Assembly: GCA_030674475.1 (NCBI GenBank)
Contig: JAUSCZ010000041.1
Location: 3,481-67,480 of the forward strand
Source: Candidatus Omnitrophota bacterium
Lineage (GTDB): Bacteria > Omnitrophota > Gorgyraeia > Gygaellales > UBA12090
Length of the DNA stretch: 64,000 bases
Reading direction: 5' to 3'
In this document: piece after piece, positions 19,899 to 28,522 of the stretch
Layout of the letters: every line of letters begins with the position of its first letter
Position numbering within the stretch: position 1 is the first letter of the stretch
The notes under the pieces: generated by a model
Seen by the model: only the letters and a program-made list of their open reading frames with translations
Told to the model about the DNA's origin: nothing
The model's database searches: none
Program-made: the position numbers and the translations under genes

Positions 19899-21299
19899 CT
19901 AGAATCCTATGGCCATTGAAGCCATTGCCCCGTCTTTATCCCCCCGTTCCAAGACCTCGTTGCTTGAAGAGTTCCGCTGGTATTCTAATTTGAAAACCCA
20001 GGACTCAATCGGCCGGTAATTTATCCCCAAGGTGTAGCGTTTTTCCTTATTACTGCCGATCCCGGCATCGCCGTCGTCGGCAATATCCACCCAGTCATAA
20101 CGGCCGACCAGGGTAAACTTGGGGTCCTTAAATCCCCGGCCTAAAAAGGTGTTATTCAGGAACTTCGGCCAGAAATGATACCTCGGTTCAAGGTAAAAAC
20201 CCCGCATATATTTGGGGGCGGAGAGCTCATCCGCGGCATTGTCATTATCATGGTCAATCAGGGCCCCATTCTCAAAATACCAATAGGCATAATCACCCAC
20301 CAATTCAAAAGGGCCGCGTTTAAAACTTATATCACTAGCAAATCCCAGGAGATGGTCGTCGCCGTTTCTGGAGGCAGAGCCGGAACGGCCGTATCTGCCG
20401 GTATATCCGCTAAGGCCAAGCTCCAGGTTTTGGTTTAAACCCAGACCCAGCCGGCCGACAAAGGCCTTATTGTTATTCTCATCAGCCTCTATAGCCCCCT
20501 TGGCGTTGCGCAGTCCGGTATCGGAGATATCCTCATCCAGGCCGTTGATAATATACCCCTCGTAATTAAGGTAAGAATCCTCAAGAGGCCCCCATTTTAA
20601 AGCCTCTCCCAATTGGGTTTCCCCGAATAAACCAAAGCCTGCCTCCATCCAGGTGGCAGCTCCCAGCCTGCGGGATACCAACGGCCTTTCGGTCAGGTCC
20701 TGGATATCGGAATCATGCAAGAGGTTGAATCTTCCGAAGGGGACCAGGACAATCCCGCCCCGGGCATTTATCCAGTCATTGATAAGATAGCTGGCCCAGG
20801 CCTGCTCTACCTTAGCCTCTCCCACATCCGAGGCGTTAGGGCCGCCGTGCTCAATCTCGTATTCGCTGTAAAAAAGCAATCTTTCATGCGGCTGGGCGCC
20901 TATATTTAGGATAAACCTGGTCTGGTCAAAGGTGGAATTAGAATTCTCAAAGTTTTCAAACTCTATATCCGCGTAACCGCCAACACTTACATTGCCGAAT
21001 CCCGACGGATTCTTGATCAAAAGCCCTCCCTTGCCAAACGGGCCTTCGTAGCGGCCGACATAATCCAGGCTGATACTTTTTTCTTCAATCTTTTTCTGAA
21101 GTTTTTCTTCAAGCTCTCCCTGGGCCGTTTCCTGCTTTTGGCTTAATTCCTCAATTTTCTGCTGTAGGCCTTGAATCTGGGTTTCATAATCCTGGCGCAG
21201 CTCTTTAACCTGCTGTTTTAAATCCCCCATTTCATCCGCGCAAGCCAGATTGACCCCGCCCAGATAAAGCAAAAACGCCACCATAACCCTCTTACACAT
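19899..21299 (-). CDS. Putative outer-membrane beta-barrel porin with N-terminal coiled-coil
   Basis: Signal peptide MCKRVMVAFLLYLGGVNLACA (alternative start of ORF 19899..21344), a heptad-rich coiled coil, then alternating amphipathic beta strands rich in aromatic residues. C-terminal ...ASMAIGF ends in Phe. Confidence 0.5.
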   Translation of the reverse strand: MCKRVMVAFLLYLGGVNLACADEMGDLKQQVKELRQDYETQIQGLQQKIEELSQKQETAQGELEEKLQKKIEEKSISLDYVGRYEGPFGKGGLLIKNPSGFGNVSVGGYADIEFENFENSNSTFDQTRFILNIGAQPHERLLFYSEYEIEHGGPNASDVGEAKVEQAWASYLINDWINARGGIVLVPFGRFNLLHDSDIQDLTERPLVSRRLGAATWMEAGFGLFGETQLGEALKWGPLEDSYLNYEGYIINGLDEDISDTGLRNAKGAIEADENNNKAFVGRLGLGLNQNLELGLSGYTGRYGRSGSASRNGDDHLLGFASDISFKRGPFELVGDYAYWYFENGALIDHDNDNAADELSAPKYMRGFYLEPRYHFWPKFLNNTFLGRGFKDPKFTLVGRYDWVDIADDGDAGIGSNKEKRYTLGINYRPIESWVFKLEYQRNSSSNEVLERGDKDGAMASMAIGF

Positions 21300-21359
21300 C
21301 TTATCCCTTTCCTCACCGTAAAGATTACGGCAAAACTCCCACATACCTCCAAGAAATAC

Positions 21360-21569
21360 TTAGTCAGTCAGGGTTAATTCTTTTTTTGCCTCTCCTTTTA
21401 TGGAGTCAGCTGTCTTTTCCAAACGGATCTTCTCGTGCTTCTCTACTGCCACAATATGGGCATCCTGGACCTTGATGATCAACTCGCCAAAACGCAAATC
21501 CCCGGCCAGGCTGATGATATTTCTAAGATTGGCTTCGCTGATATTCATTTCTTCCCGCACTCCCGGCAA
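21360..21569 (-). CDS. YezD/DUF2292-like small protein
   Basis: 69 aa. MNISEANLRNIISLAGDLRFGELIIKVQDAHIVAVEKHEKIRL resembles the YezD family. The start may be the internal ATG at 21546-21548, directly after the fur stop. Confidence 0.4.
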   Translation of the reverse strand: MPGVREEMNISEANLRNIISLAGDLRFGELIIKVQDAHIVAVEKHEKIRLEKTADSIKGEAKKELTLTD

Positions 21570-21976
21570 TAGCCGAAGATTTCCATCTTATGCCGGACCG
21601 GGGTAAAGTTTTTCTTTTTGGCTAATTTATCCTGCAATGCCTCTATTTCCGGCTCATAGACCTCAAAAAACTTCCCGCACTTAAGGCAGACCATATGGTC
21701 ATGATGTTGGTGGCCGTATTCATGCTCCAGGCGGCTGACCCGATCCCCGAAATCCACCTCCCTGGCCAGGCCGGATTTCTGGATAAGCTTCAAGGTGCGA
21801 TAGACCGTGGTATAGCCTACCTCCGGGGCATTACGATGCACGATCAAAAACAGCTCCTCGCAACTAAGGTGTTTTTCGGTCTTTAAGAATGCCTCTAACA
21901 CCTTCAGCCTCTGTGAGGTAACCTTAAGGTTTATCTTCTTAAGGTGTTCTTTAAATAACTCTATCTCTTTTTGCAT
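21545..21976 (-). CDS. fur: Ferric uptake regulator family protein
   Basis: 143 aa. N-terminal wHTH (TSQRLKVLEAF), HEYGHQHHDH metal site and paired CxxC motifs (CLKCG...CRECG). Confidence 0.85.
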   Translation of the reverse strand: MQKEIELFKEHLKKINLKVTSQRLKVLEAFLKTEKHLSCEELFLIVHRNAPEVGYTTVYRTLKLIQKSGLAREVDFGDRVSRLEHEYGHQHHDHMVCLKCGKFFEVYEPEIEALQDKLAKKKNFTPVRHKMEIFGYCRECGKK

Positions 21977-22026
21977 AGTTTCGCGTTTTTGCGGTTTAGC
22001 GGTTCCGCGTCTTTTGCGATTATGAA

Positions 22027-22045
22027 ATTGAAAATCATTTTCAAT
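22027..22045. promoter_or_regulatory. Fur-box-like perfect 9-1-9 palindrome upstream of fur
   Basis: ATTGAAAAT-C-ATTTTCAAT, close to the TGATAATNATTATCA Fur-box architecture. It lies about 55-70 nt upstream of the fur start. Confidence 0.5.
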
Positions 22046-22094
22046 TATACTTGAAAAAAAAATTATGTCAAGTAAAATCTGCCTCTGGCGCTTA

Positions 22095-22159
22095 CCCCGT
22101 TAGAGATAGGTTGCCAAAGGCAACCGTCGGACACCTTCGGTGTCCCATCTCTAACGGGG
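22095..22159. repeat. 65-bp structured palindromic element, family P1, copy 1 (intergenic)
   Basis: ccccgttagagatagg ... cccatctctaacgggg outer arms enclose hairpins ggttgccaaaggcaacc and ggacaccttcggtgtcc. Flanked by ctta/ctta. Confidence 0.8.
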
Positions 22160-22174
22160 CTTAGATTTTACTTG

Positions 22175-22194
22175 CCTGCCTGCCGGTAGGCAGG
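22175..22194. repeat. cctgcctgcc...ggcagg hairpin (family P3)
   Basis: cctgcctgccggtaggcagg. Related copies at 25723..25744, 26683..26706 and 9316..9362. Confidence 0.55.
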
Positions 22195-22303
22195 ATTCTA
22201 AAGCTCTGCGAAGAATCTTAAGTTTTTTAAAAAAAATCCCTACGGTTTTACCGCGCGTGTTTATAGCATCCTATTGCTCTGTGAAATTAATTTTTAGCAG
22301 TGT

Positions 22304-22379
22304 GTCATTCCCGTAATCTTTTAGCGGGAATCCAAAAATGAGTTTATCTGGATGCCCGACTAAAACATTCGGGCATGAC
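22304..22379. mobile_element. MITE-like element with gtcattcccg ... cgggcatgac terminal inverted repeats (family P2, copy X)
   Basis: gtcattcccgtaatcttttagcgggaatcca...ggatgcccgactaaaacattcgggcatgac. Same ends and internal hairpins as 47243..47345. Confidence 0.65.
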
Positions 22380-22436
22380 AAAATTATCAAGAACTAATTA
22401 CACAATGTACTAGTTCAACTGATATGCCTGGCCTTT

Positions 22437-23228
22437 TTACTTCCGGGCATTTAATATCAGCTCAATCTCACTCTTAAGGCTGTCAATGCTGCGGGCTTTG
22501 GTTTTACGGCCGTTAATATAAATAGTAGGCGTACCCCGGACCTCAACCTTGTTGCCTAAAGATATATCTTTTTGGATATGTTCCTGCCATTGGGCATCTT
22601 TATCTTTGTAATCTTTCTGGAATTTTTTCATATTCAATCCCAGATTCTTAGCCAATGTATTAAATTCCTTCTCATTTAGATTTGAACTATTTTTTAACAA
22701 CCCGTCCAGCATTTCCCAGTATTTACCCTGCTCTCCGGCGGCCAGGGCGGCCTTGGCCGCGGGGATGGCCTGTTGATGAAAAGGCAAGGGATAATTCTTG
22801 ACCACTGCTTTTACCTTATCCGGAAAGGCATTTACCGCCTCTACCACCAAAGGATGAAACCTGGCGCAAAACGGGCATTGGATATCTATAAACTCCACAA
22901 TAGTTACCGGCGCTTCTTTCTTGCCTAAGAGAGGAGAGTTATCAATATTTATTTCATGTATCTTTAGATAATCTTCTTGCTCCCGCTCCTCGCCCGGCGG
23001 TGATTTTAATTTCTTAATGGCCGCCTGCAACTCTTTTCCCTGTTTTTCCATATTCCCGAGGCGCTTTTCAATCTTTTCCTGAACCAGCAGTATTTCTTTC
23101 TGCTGACGGAAAAGTTCTCCGAATAATGGATTTTTTACCTGAAATCCGATAATGCCGATACCGATAAAAACACCGATAAGGATACCGGCAACAACCGCAA
23201 AACCCGCGAATAAGCCTTTTTTATCCAT
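22437..23228 (-). CDS. DsbA-like thioredoxin-fold protein (thiol:disulfide oxidoreductase) with N-terminal TM and coiled-coil
   Basis: 263 aa with a CPFC active site in FIDIQCPFCARFHP and a thioredoxin-fold layout. Confidence 0.7.
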   Translation of the reverse strand: MDKKGLFAGFAVVAGILIGVFIGIGIIGFQVKNPLFGELFRQQKEILLVQEKIEKRLGNMEKQGKELQAAIKKLKSPPGEEREQEDYLKIHEINIDNSPLLGKKEAPVTIVEFIDIQCPFCARFHPLVVEAVNAFPDKVKAVVKNYPLPFHQQAIPAAKAALAAGEQGKYWEMLDGLLKNSSNLNEKEFNTLAKNLGLNMKKFQKDYKDKDAQWQEHIQKDISLGNKVEVRGTPTIYINGRKTKARSIDSLKSEIELILNARK

Positions 23229-23357
23229 CGTTACGCCTCCGATAATTTTGTTACTACTTTTTAGGAGAATTTAAGGTTTCGTATTTAGAATTTTTCTATG
23301 ACTACATCAAAATAGCATAACTGGAGGCTTATGTCAAATAAGGAAAGGCGGGGGGTT

Positions 23358-25625
23358 TTAATTCGGCGAATACCTCTCTTTGCCCTGCTCCACAAACAGC
23401 CCGGTATCCGCGATCAACAGCACTGCCCGGAAGTCCGGGGTAGTTTCTACTCCTCGCTCTTCCTTCAGCCAGCAAAGCCGCAGGAGAAGCGGTAATAATT
23501 GGATCTCTCTTTGCGCGTTAAAGGCGTCCTTCTGGGACATCGCCGCCAGTAAACGCTTAAGCCGGTCGGTTGAAACCTCTATCTTGGCATTAATCATCTG
23601 TTCCATTGCGGCCATTTCCCGGCTTATATCAATCCCCTCCAATTCCGCCTTACTCAACAGCGGCAGGCGCAGGTCCAACCCCTGGAAGCTTCCCATCGGC
23701 CGGGTGAGGTAGTTGATTCGGGTGAAGTCAATACCGCCGGTAGTTAACGGTGAATTACTATTTTGAGATAAGTCTTGAGTTAATGCCGAAGAGACCTCAT
23801 CCGATTTCAAAAGACCTAATTTATTGGCGGCGGCTTTTGATAAATTCTTGAATCCATCAACCAACGGTTTCAGCGCACTTTTAAGTTCTGGATCTGTAAT
23901 CTTCCCCACATCTTTAACTAAATTGCTTATCGCGCTATTTAAAACATCTAAATCTTTATCTTTCTCTATTCTAAGATCGGCATAATGGAAGTAACCATTA
24001 AATATCTCTCTCCATTTCGGATGATCCTTATAGCTACGAGATAATAAAGTAAGCTGATCCTTAATCGTTTTCTTGGTCTCCTCTACCGTCAGCGGCGAAG
24101 AGCCGGTCTCTTTCTCCTTCTCCAAATATTCTTGAGCTTCATTAAAAACATTAATTAGTTTTTTATCATTCGCATAGGTTCTACTCAGGGATTCAATTGT
24201 GTTGTTTAAGGCCTCAACAACCTTTTTTCTTTGCTCCCTATTCAAATCAGAGAAAGCACGCTTCAAATTTATCTTCCAACCTATATACGCGAACTCTACT
24301 CCTTCCCCATTACCTTCTCTCGCTATTTTTTCCAAATCAATAAGAAAACCATGATTAGCTGATGCTATTGCGTTCAATCTTTCTTGGCTTTCTATGATCC
24401 CAGTTGGCTCAGATAAATGGTTATGTATTGAACCGCCCACAAAAGCACCGCTCACGATAAGTATCGCAAGTCCGACAAGCGTAGACTTTTTCATCTTTGT
24501 TAATAGTGGACTTCCTGCCTTAAAACCGCCTTCAATTAAAGGCTTAGAGTTCCCGGTCATATCTGTTCCCCCGCTGACATAGCTCCTGATTACCTGGCCG
24601 GTGGGAGTGGTTATCTGTTCCTTAAGGTTGTATTCACCCTGCTGGAAGGACTTTTTGTATTCGCTAAAGTAGTAGTCCTTGGTCCAGGCCTCTTTTGAAA
24701 TAAGATTATCTAAGTTATGGCTGTCAATCAGGCTGGAGTATTGGCCGGGCTGGCCTCTGAACTTGTCCTTAAACCAGCGGGAAAGGATGAGCGAGAAAAA
24801 GACCTGGCGGAGTTGGGCGTATTTCTTGGAGGTATTGACCTCCTGGGTGAGCTTGGGCAGGATGAGTTCTCTAATTAGCTGGGTAGAGTATTGGTTGAGT
24901 TTCTTCATCCTTTGGTCATTAAAATTATACTGGTGACCTGGTGACATGGTGTCCTGGCGACTTTTAATGTAATCTTCCTCCAGCATCACTTTCAGGTTCG
25001 CCTTGTAGATATAGGATGAGTCTTCGCTTTCTCTGATTATTACCTCTCCCGGCACTATCCAGGGCCGAGTGATGGTGGGGATAGTAATGTTTTCAGTGCC
25101 GAATAATTCCCCAGCCCTCTTATACAGCTTATCCCAGTATTCTTTGCCTTCAGGAGTTTGGGGCGAGGTCCAACCGGCAGTATCTTTCTTTAGCTGTAAG
25201 TCCGCCTCCAGCATTATCTTACCCATATCGGTCTTTTCTAACTCCGGGTCTATAATCTGCTCCGGGGCATCCGGCCTAAGATTTACCCAAAACTTGTCGT
25301 TGGGTAAGGATAGACCTATCAAGAAATAATTGAATAGCTTCTTGGTCTCATTCTTAAGAGCATTCTCCGATTTCTCCGGTGACCTGGTGACCTGGTGACC
25401 TGGTGACTTCTCGAAGTCACCCTGGTCTAATAACAGCTTAAAGTCATTGCTTTTGATATCGTAAGAGATATACCGTAGGTGAGGGGGACGAAAGCTATCC
25501 GTATTCAAGGCCGACATTTGGTTCAGGTATTTGCCGATATTCAGCTCGGCTACTCCCTGAGCAAAGATGGGTTGGGTTAAAATCAGGCTATGGGATAGAA
25601 TTAAGGATATGGCTTTTTTGAACAT
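23358..25625 (-). CDS. Large hypothetical secreted/membrane protein (755 aa)
   Basis: Signal peptide and an internal TM (LVGLAILIVSGAFVGG). No recognisable catalytic motifs. It carries two in-frame copies of the octamer-repeat element. Confidence 0.5.
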   Translation of the reverse strand: MFKKAISLILSHSLILTQPIFAQGVAELNIGKYLNQMSALNTDSFRPPHLRYISYDIKSNDFKLLLDQGDFEKSPGHQVTRSPEKSENALKNETKKLFNYFLIGLSLPNDKFWVNLRPDAPEQIIDPELEKTDMGKIMLEADLQLKKDTAGWTSPQTPEGKEYWDKLYKRAGELFGTENITIPTITRPWIVPGEVIIRESEDSSYIYKANLKVMLEEDYIKSRQDTMSPGHQYNFNDQRMKKLNQYSTQLIRELILPKLTQEVNTSKKYAQLRQVFFSLILSRWFKDKFRGQPGQYSSLIDSHNLDNLISKEAWTKDYYFSEYKKSFQQGEYNLKEQITTPTGQVIRSYVSGGTDMTGNSKPLIEGGFKAGSPLLTKMKKSTLVGLAILIVSGAFVGGSIHNHLSEPTGIIESQERLNAIASANHGFLIDLEKIAREGNGEGVEFAYIGWKINLKRAFSDLNREQRKKVVEALNNTIESLSRTYANDKKLINVFNEAQEYLEKEKETGSSPLTVEETKKTIKDQLTLLSRSYKDHPKWREIFNGYFHYADLRIEKDKDLDVLNSAISNLVKDVGKITDPELKSALKPLVDGFKNLSKAAANKLGLLKSDEVSSALTQDLSQNSNSPLTTGGIDFTRINYLTRPMGSFQGLDLRLPLLSKAELEGIDISREMAAMEQMINAKIEVSTDRLKRLLAAMSQKDAFNAQREIQLLPLLLRLCWLKEERGVETTPDFRAVLLIADTGLFVEQGKERYSPN
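24930..24961. repeat. Degenerate copy of the ggtgacct-octamer element inside the 755-aa CDS (encodes ...SPGHQYNF...)
   Basis: ctggtgacctggtgacatggtgtcctggcgac flanked by attaaaa/ttttaat. Confidence 0.6.
25370..25409. repeat. 40-bp octamer-repeat element inside the 755-aa CDS (encodes SPGHQVTRSP)
   Basis: atttctccggtgacctggtgacctggtgacctggtgactt, followed by the hairpin ggtgacttctcgaagtcacc. Near-identical to 63157..63197 in leuS. Confidence 0.85.
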
Positions 25626-25722
25626 TTTTGTCCTTACTTAAATTTCCCAAATAAAAAACCGGACTTGGTCTTTCCTCGCATAAGGAAAAACCAAATCCGG
25701 CTGGGATATTCCGTGGCGTTTT

Positions 25723-25744
25723 GCCTGCCTGCCGGCAGGCAGGC
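25723..25744. repeat. Perfect 22-bp palindrome gcctgcctgccggcaggcaggc (family P3)
   Basis: Intergenic between the 755-aa gene start and the ZIP gene stop. No U-tract follows, so it is not a classic terminator. Confidence 0.6.
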
Positions 25745-25834
25745 CTACTGGTATTTCAGACAGGCAAAAAATAAATCAGCCAACACAATATTTATTAAAT
25801 ATTTAATAAAGTATACTACATAAACCCAAAATCG

Positions 25835-26569
25835 TCAACTAAATTTCTTTAAAACATACATCAAGACGATCCCAAACAGGAAAAAGGCTAAGGAAAGGGC
25901 GGATTTTCGGGCATCGGTTTCCTTATGAATCTCCGGGACCAGGTCGGCGCTGGAGATATAAATAAAACCGCCGGCGGTTAATCCCAGCAGGATGTGGGAA
26001 AAACCGCCGATTTTATGGGAGAGAAAATACCCCAGGATCGCTCCTCCAAAGGCGCACAGACCGGAGAGAAAATTGTAAAACAGGGCCTTTTGCCGGCTGA
26101 ACCCCCCATACACCAGGACCCCGAAATCTCCTAACTCCTGGGGGATTTCGTGGATAATCACCAGCAAGGTGGTAAACAGTCCCAATCTGACTGAAACCGC
26201 GAAACTCCCGGCAATCACCAGGCCATCAATAAAATTATGCAGGCCGTCGCCGAAAAGGTTCAGATAGGTAAAGGTATGCTGGTGGCAGACCCCGTCGTGG
26301 CAGTGGCGCCAGTAGAGGTATTTCTCCAATAAAAAAAACAAAACGAACCCGCCGATCACAAAGATAAATACGCTTTGCTGACTGCCTTGCTCTATGGCCT
26401 CGGGGATAAGGTGCAGAAAAGCCCCTCCAAACAGGGCCCCCGCGGAAAAAGCTACCAGCAGGAAAAGAATGGCCTTTAGTAATTTCTCCTTAACCGACAG
26501 GGTCAGGGCCCCAACAAGAGAAATCACGCTTACCAACAACGTGCTTAATAATATAAGTAAAAGCCGCAT
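25835..26569 (-). CDS. ZIP-family divalent metal transporter (ZupT-like)
   Basis: 244 aa and polytopic. Carries the ZIP signature HEIPQELGDFGVLV and His-rich segments. Confidence 0.85.
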   Translation of the reverse strand: MRLLLILLSTLLVSVISLVGALTLSVKEKLLKAILFLLVAFSAGALFGGAFLHLIPEAIEQGSQQSVFIFVIGGFVLFFLLEKYLYWRHCHDGVCHQHTFTYLNLFGDGLHNFIDGLVIAGSFAVSVRLGLFTTLLVIIHEIPQELGDFGVLVYGGFSRQKALFYNFLSGLCAFGGAILGYFLSHKIGGFSHILLGLTAGGFIYISSADLVPEIHKETDARKSALSLAFFLFGIVLMYVLKKFS

Positions 26570-26682
26570 TAACCTAAATTCGGCTTTCTGCCTTTATTGG
26601 CCTTTTTAGAACGCCAATTGAGCTTTCCTCTTCTTTTACGTTTACTCATTTCTTTCTTGTCTCCTTTCTAAACGCTAATTTA

Positions 26683-26706
26683 CCTGCCTGCCTGTAGGTA
26701 AGCAGG
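26683..26706. repeat. cctgcctgcc...ggtaagcagg hairpin (family P3) in the divergent intergenic region
   Basis: cctgcctgcctgtaggtaagcagg. Confidence 0.5.
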
Positions 26707-26746
26707 CATGAATAGTGCTCTTTATTATATATTACTCGTTATATTC

Positions 26747-26788
26747 GGTCAATAAGTATTGACAAAGACAGGCTTCTTTCCTATAATA
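26747..26788 (+). promoter_or_regulatory. Consensus sigma-70 promoter (TTGACA-17-TATAAT) with an overlapping 7-2-7 operator palindrome GTCAATA-AG-TATTGAC
   Basis: ttgaca at 26759-26764 and tataat at 26782-26787, with a 17-nt spacer. aggagg RBS at 26798-26803 precedes the ATG at 26812. The palindrome at 26748-26763 overlaps the -35. Confidence 0.6.
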
Positions 26789-26811
26789 AAAATACAAGGA
26801 GGATTTAAAAA

Positions 26812-27117
26812 ATGAGAAAACAGGTCTTTTTATTGTCATCACTGGCGCTTAGCGCGGCGTTATTAGGCTGTACTACCACTCAAAAAGGAGCGGCTCTGGG
26901 CGGATTAGGCGGAGCGGCCTTAGGCGGGATAATCGGCCACCAATCCGGCCACGGAGTTGAAGGAGCATTGATTGGCGCCGGAGCGGGAGCGGTAGGCGGG
27001 GCGCTGATTGGAGAACAAATGGACAAAAAATTCTGCCCGGTCTGCGGGGCGGAATATACTTCCGGAGTCCAATACTGCTCTAAAGACGGCACCGAACTGA
27101 AACTTAAACAAAAATAA
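26812..27117 (+). CDS. Glycine-zipper lipoprotein (17-kDa surface antigen / Gly-zipper family) with C-terminal Cys4 zinc-ribbon-like motif
   Basis: Lipobox LLGC, GxxxG repeats (GAALGGLGGAALGGIIG...GALIGAGAGAVGGALIG) and CPVCG...YCSKDG. Strong promoter and RBS upstream. Confidence 0.7.
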   Translation: MRKQVFLLSSLALSAALLGCTTTQKGAALGGLGGAALGGIIGHQSGHGVEGALIGAGAGAVGGALIGEQMDKKFCPVCGAEYTSGVQYCSKDGTELKLKQK

Positions 27118-27118
27118 A

Positions 27119-27778
27119 CTATAAGATTTTCATTAAAGAGGCCGGGCTTTTTATTATTTTAAAAGGCCCGGCTTTCTTTATTTCTGCTAATGAGCTTGAA
27201 CCGCCGCCTACGGCTATTGCAATAACCCCGGCGTTACGCGCGGTTTCCACATCAATAGTCATATCTCCCACATACATAACTTGTTCGGGCTTAATCTTCA
27301 GCTTCTTCATAATCCTTAATAAAATCTCCGGATGAGGCTTTCCTTCAGGTAATTTATCCGCGCAAAGCACATAATCAAAGTATTTTCTCAAATCAAGGCA
27401 CCTCAAAATAATATGGGTAAACTCCGTGGGCCGATTAGAGGCGATAGCGGTTTTAAAATCACGCTGCTTTAAATATTCCAACAGCTCTTTAGCGCCGGAA
27501 AGCAACTTAGTATATTTTGTAAGCGCTATTCGATGGTGACCACGATAAATAACCAAAGCCGGATTCAAATCCTTCTCTTCAATAAAGGCGCCCAGTAATT
27601 TTCTATCCCCCCAACCTACCGCCAAGCGAATTCGCTTAGCCGGAGCTTCTTCATAGCCTAATTTCTTAAGGGTAAAATTCACGCTTTGGGTGATGGCCTC
27701 GTAGGCGTCTACCAATGTCCCATCCAGATCGAAAATTACCAGTTTAATTCTTTCCTGAATATTTTTAAGGTTTTTCAT
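27119..27778 (-). CDS. HAD-superfamily hydrolase (phosphoglycolate phosphatase-like)
   Basis: VIFDLDGTLVD motif I and the C-terminal YVGDMTIDVETARNAG motif IV. Confidence 0.8.
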   Translation of the reverse strand: MKNLKNIQERIKLVIFDLDGTLVDAYEAITQSVNFTLKKLGYEEAPAKRIRLAVGWGDRKLLGAFIEEKDLNPALVIYRGHHRIALTKYTKLLSGAKELLEYLKQRDFKTAIASNRPTEFTHIILRCLDLRKYFDYVLCADKLPEGKPHPEILLRIMKKLKIKPEQVMYVGDMTIDVETARNAGVIAIAVGGGSSSLAEIKKAGPFKIIKSPASLMKIL

Positions 27779-27876
27779 AAAGCCATTACTTCAATTGACG
27801 AGAAAATCTATTCCCTGGATAAAAAAACCCAGCATTATTTTAACGGTAAAACAATGCTGGGTGGAAAAATCTAAGC

Positions 27877-28353
27877 TTAGCGCGCTTCTGGTTCCGGCTG
27901 GGCCTCTATTGCCGCTATTTCATCCGGCTGGATTGAAGAAGACGCTTCCGGAGAGGAAACTTCAGACGGTTCTTCTAGTTTCTCAACTGAGATATTCTTG
28001 GCGATATTATTGTTCGCGTCAAAAAAATAATCAATCCCAACGGTATCGCCCGCCTTGAGAGAATTAAAATCATTTATCCCCTCAAACTTTGTATCCTGGT
28101 TAACAGTTAAGACAAGTTCTTTTTCATCATCAGTCTGATAATCCATATAGAGAATATTGAATTTTGAAGATATGTAATCAACATTCTTAACCTCTCCCCA
28201 AACCCAGGAGATATTTTCATCAACCAACCCTATCTCAGAAATAATATTTTCATCAATAGGCACCTGTGGTTCCTGCTGGCAGAATCCTAAAACCCCATAT
28301 CCAACGCACGCCGCGCCTATAATCAGACCCGCGGTCAACAGTTTACTTTTCAT
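27877..28353 (-). CDS. Hypothetical secreted protein
   Basis: ORF 27877..28398. The likely start is ATG at 28351-28353 (MKSKLLTAGLIIGAACVG signal peptide) with a ggagga RBS upstream. Acidic C-terminus. Confidence 0.5.
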   Translation of the reverse strand: MKSKLLTAGLIIGAACVGYGVLGFCQQEPQVPIDENIISEIGLVDENISWVWGEVKNVDYISSKFNILYMDYQTDDEKELVLTVNQDTKFEGINDFNSLKAGDTVGIDYFFDANNNIAKNISVEKLEEPSEVSSPEASSSIQPDEIAAIEAQPEPEAR

Positions 28354-28522
28354 ATTATTGTCCTCCTCATTAAATTCAAAGGTCAAATACCAAAACACAA
28401 AACATTTATTTTTGAATTTATCATTTAAATTCTGCCGGTAGACAGGAATTTATTTTGTGCTTTGGATTTTGTCGTTTGTCATTGATTGTATTTGTAATAT
28501 ATAGCAAATTCCGGCCTTTTTG

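Noticed and set aside
22000-22436. tRNA or other ncRNA gene in the fur-dsbA intergenic region
   Set aside because: No cloverleaf and no GTTCRANYC T-loop. The structure is explained by three separate repeat elements: P1, a P3 hairpin and P2.
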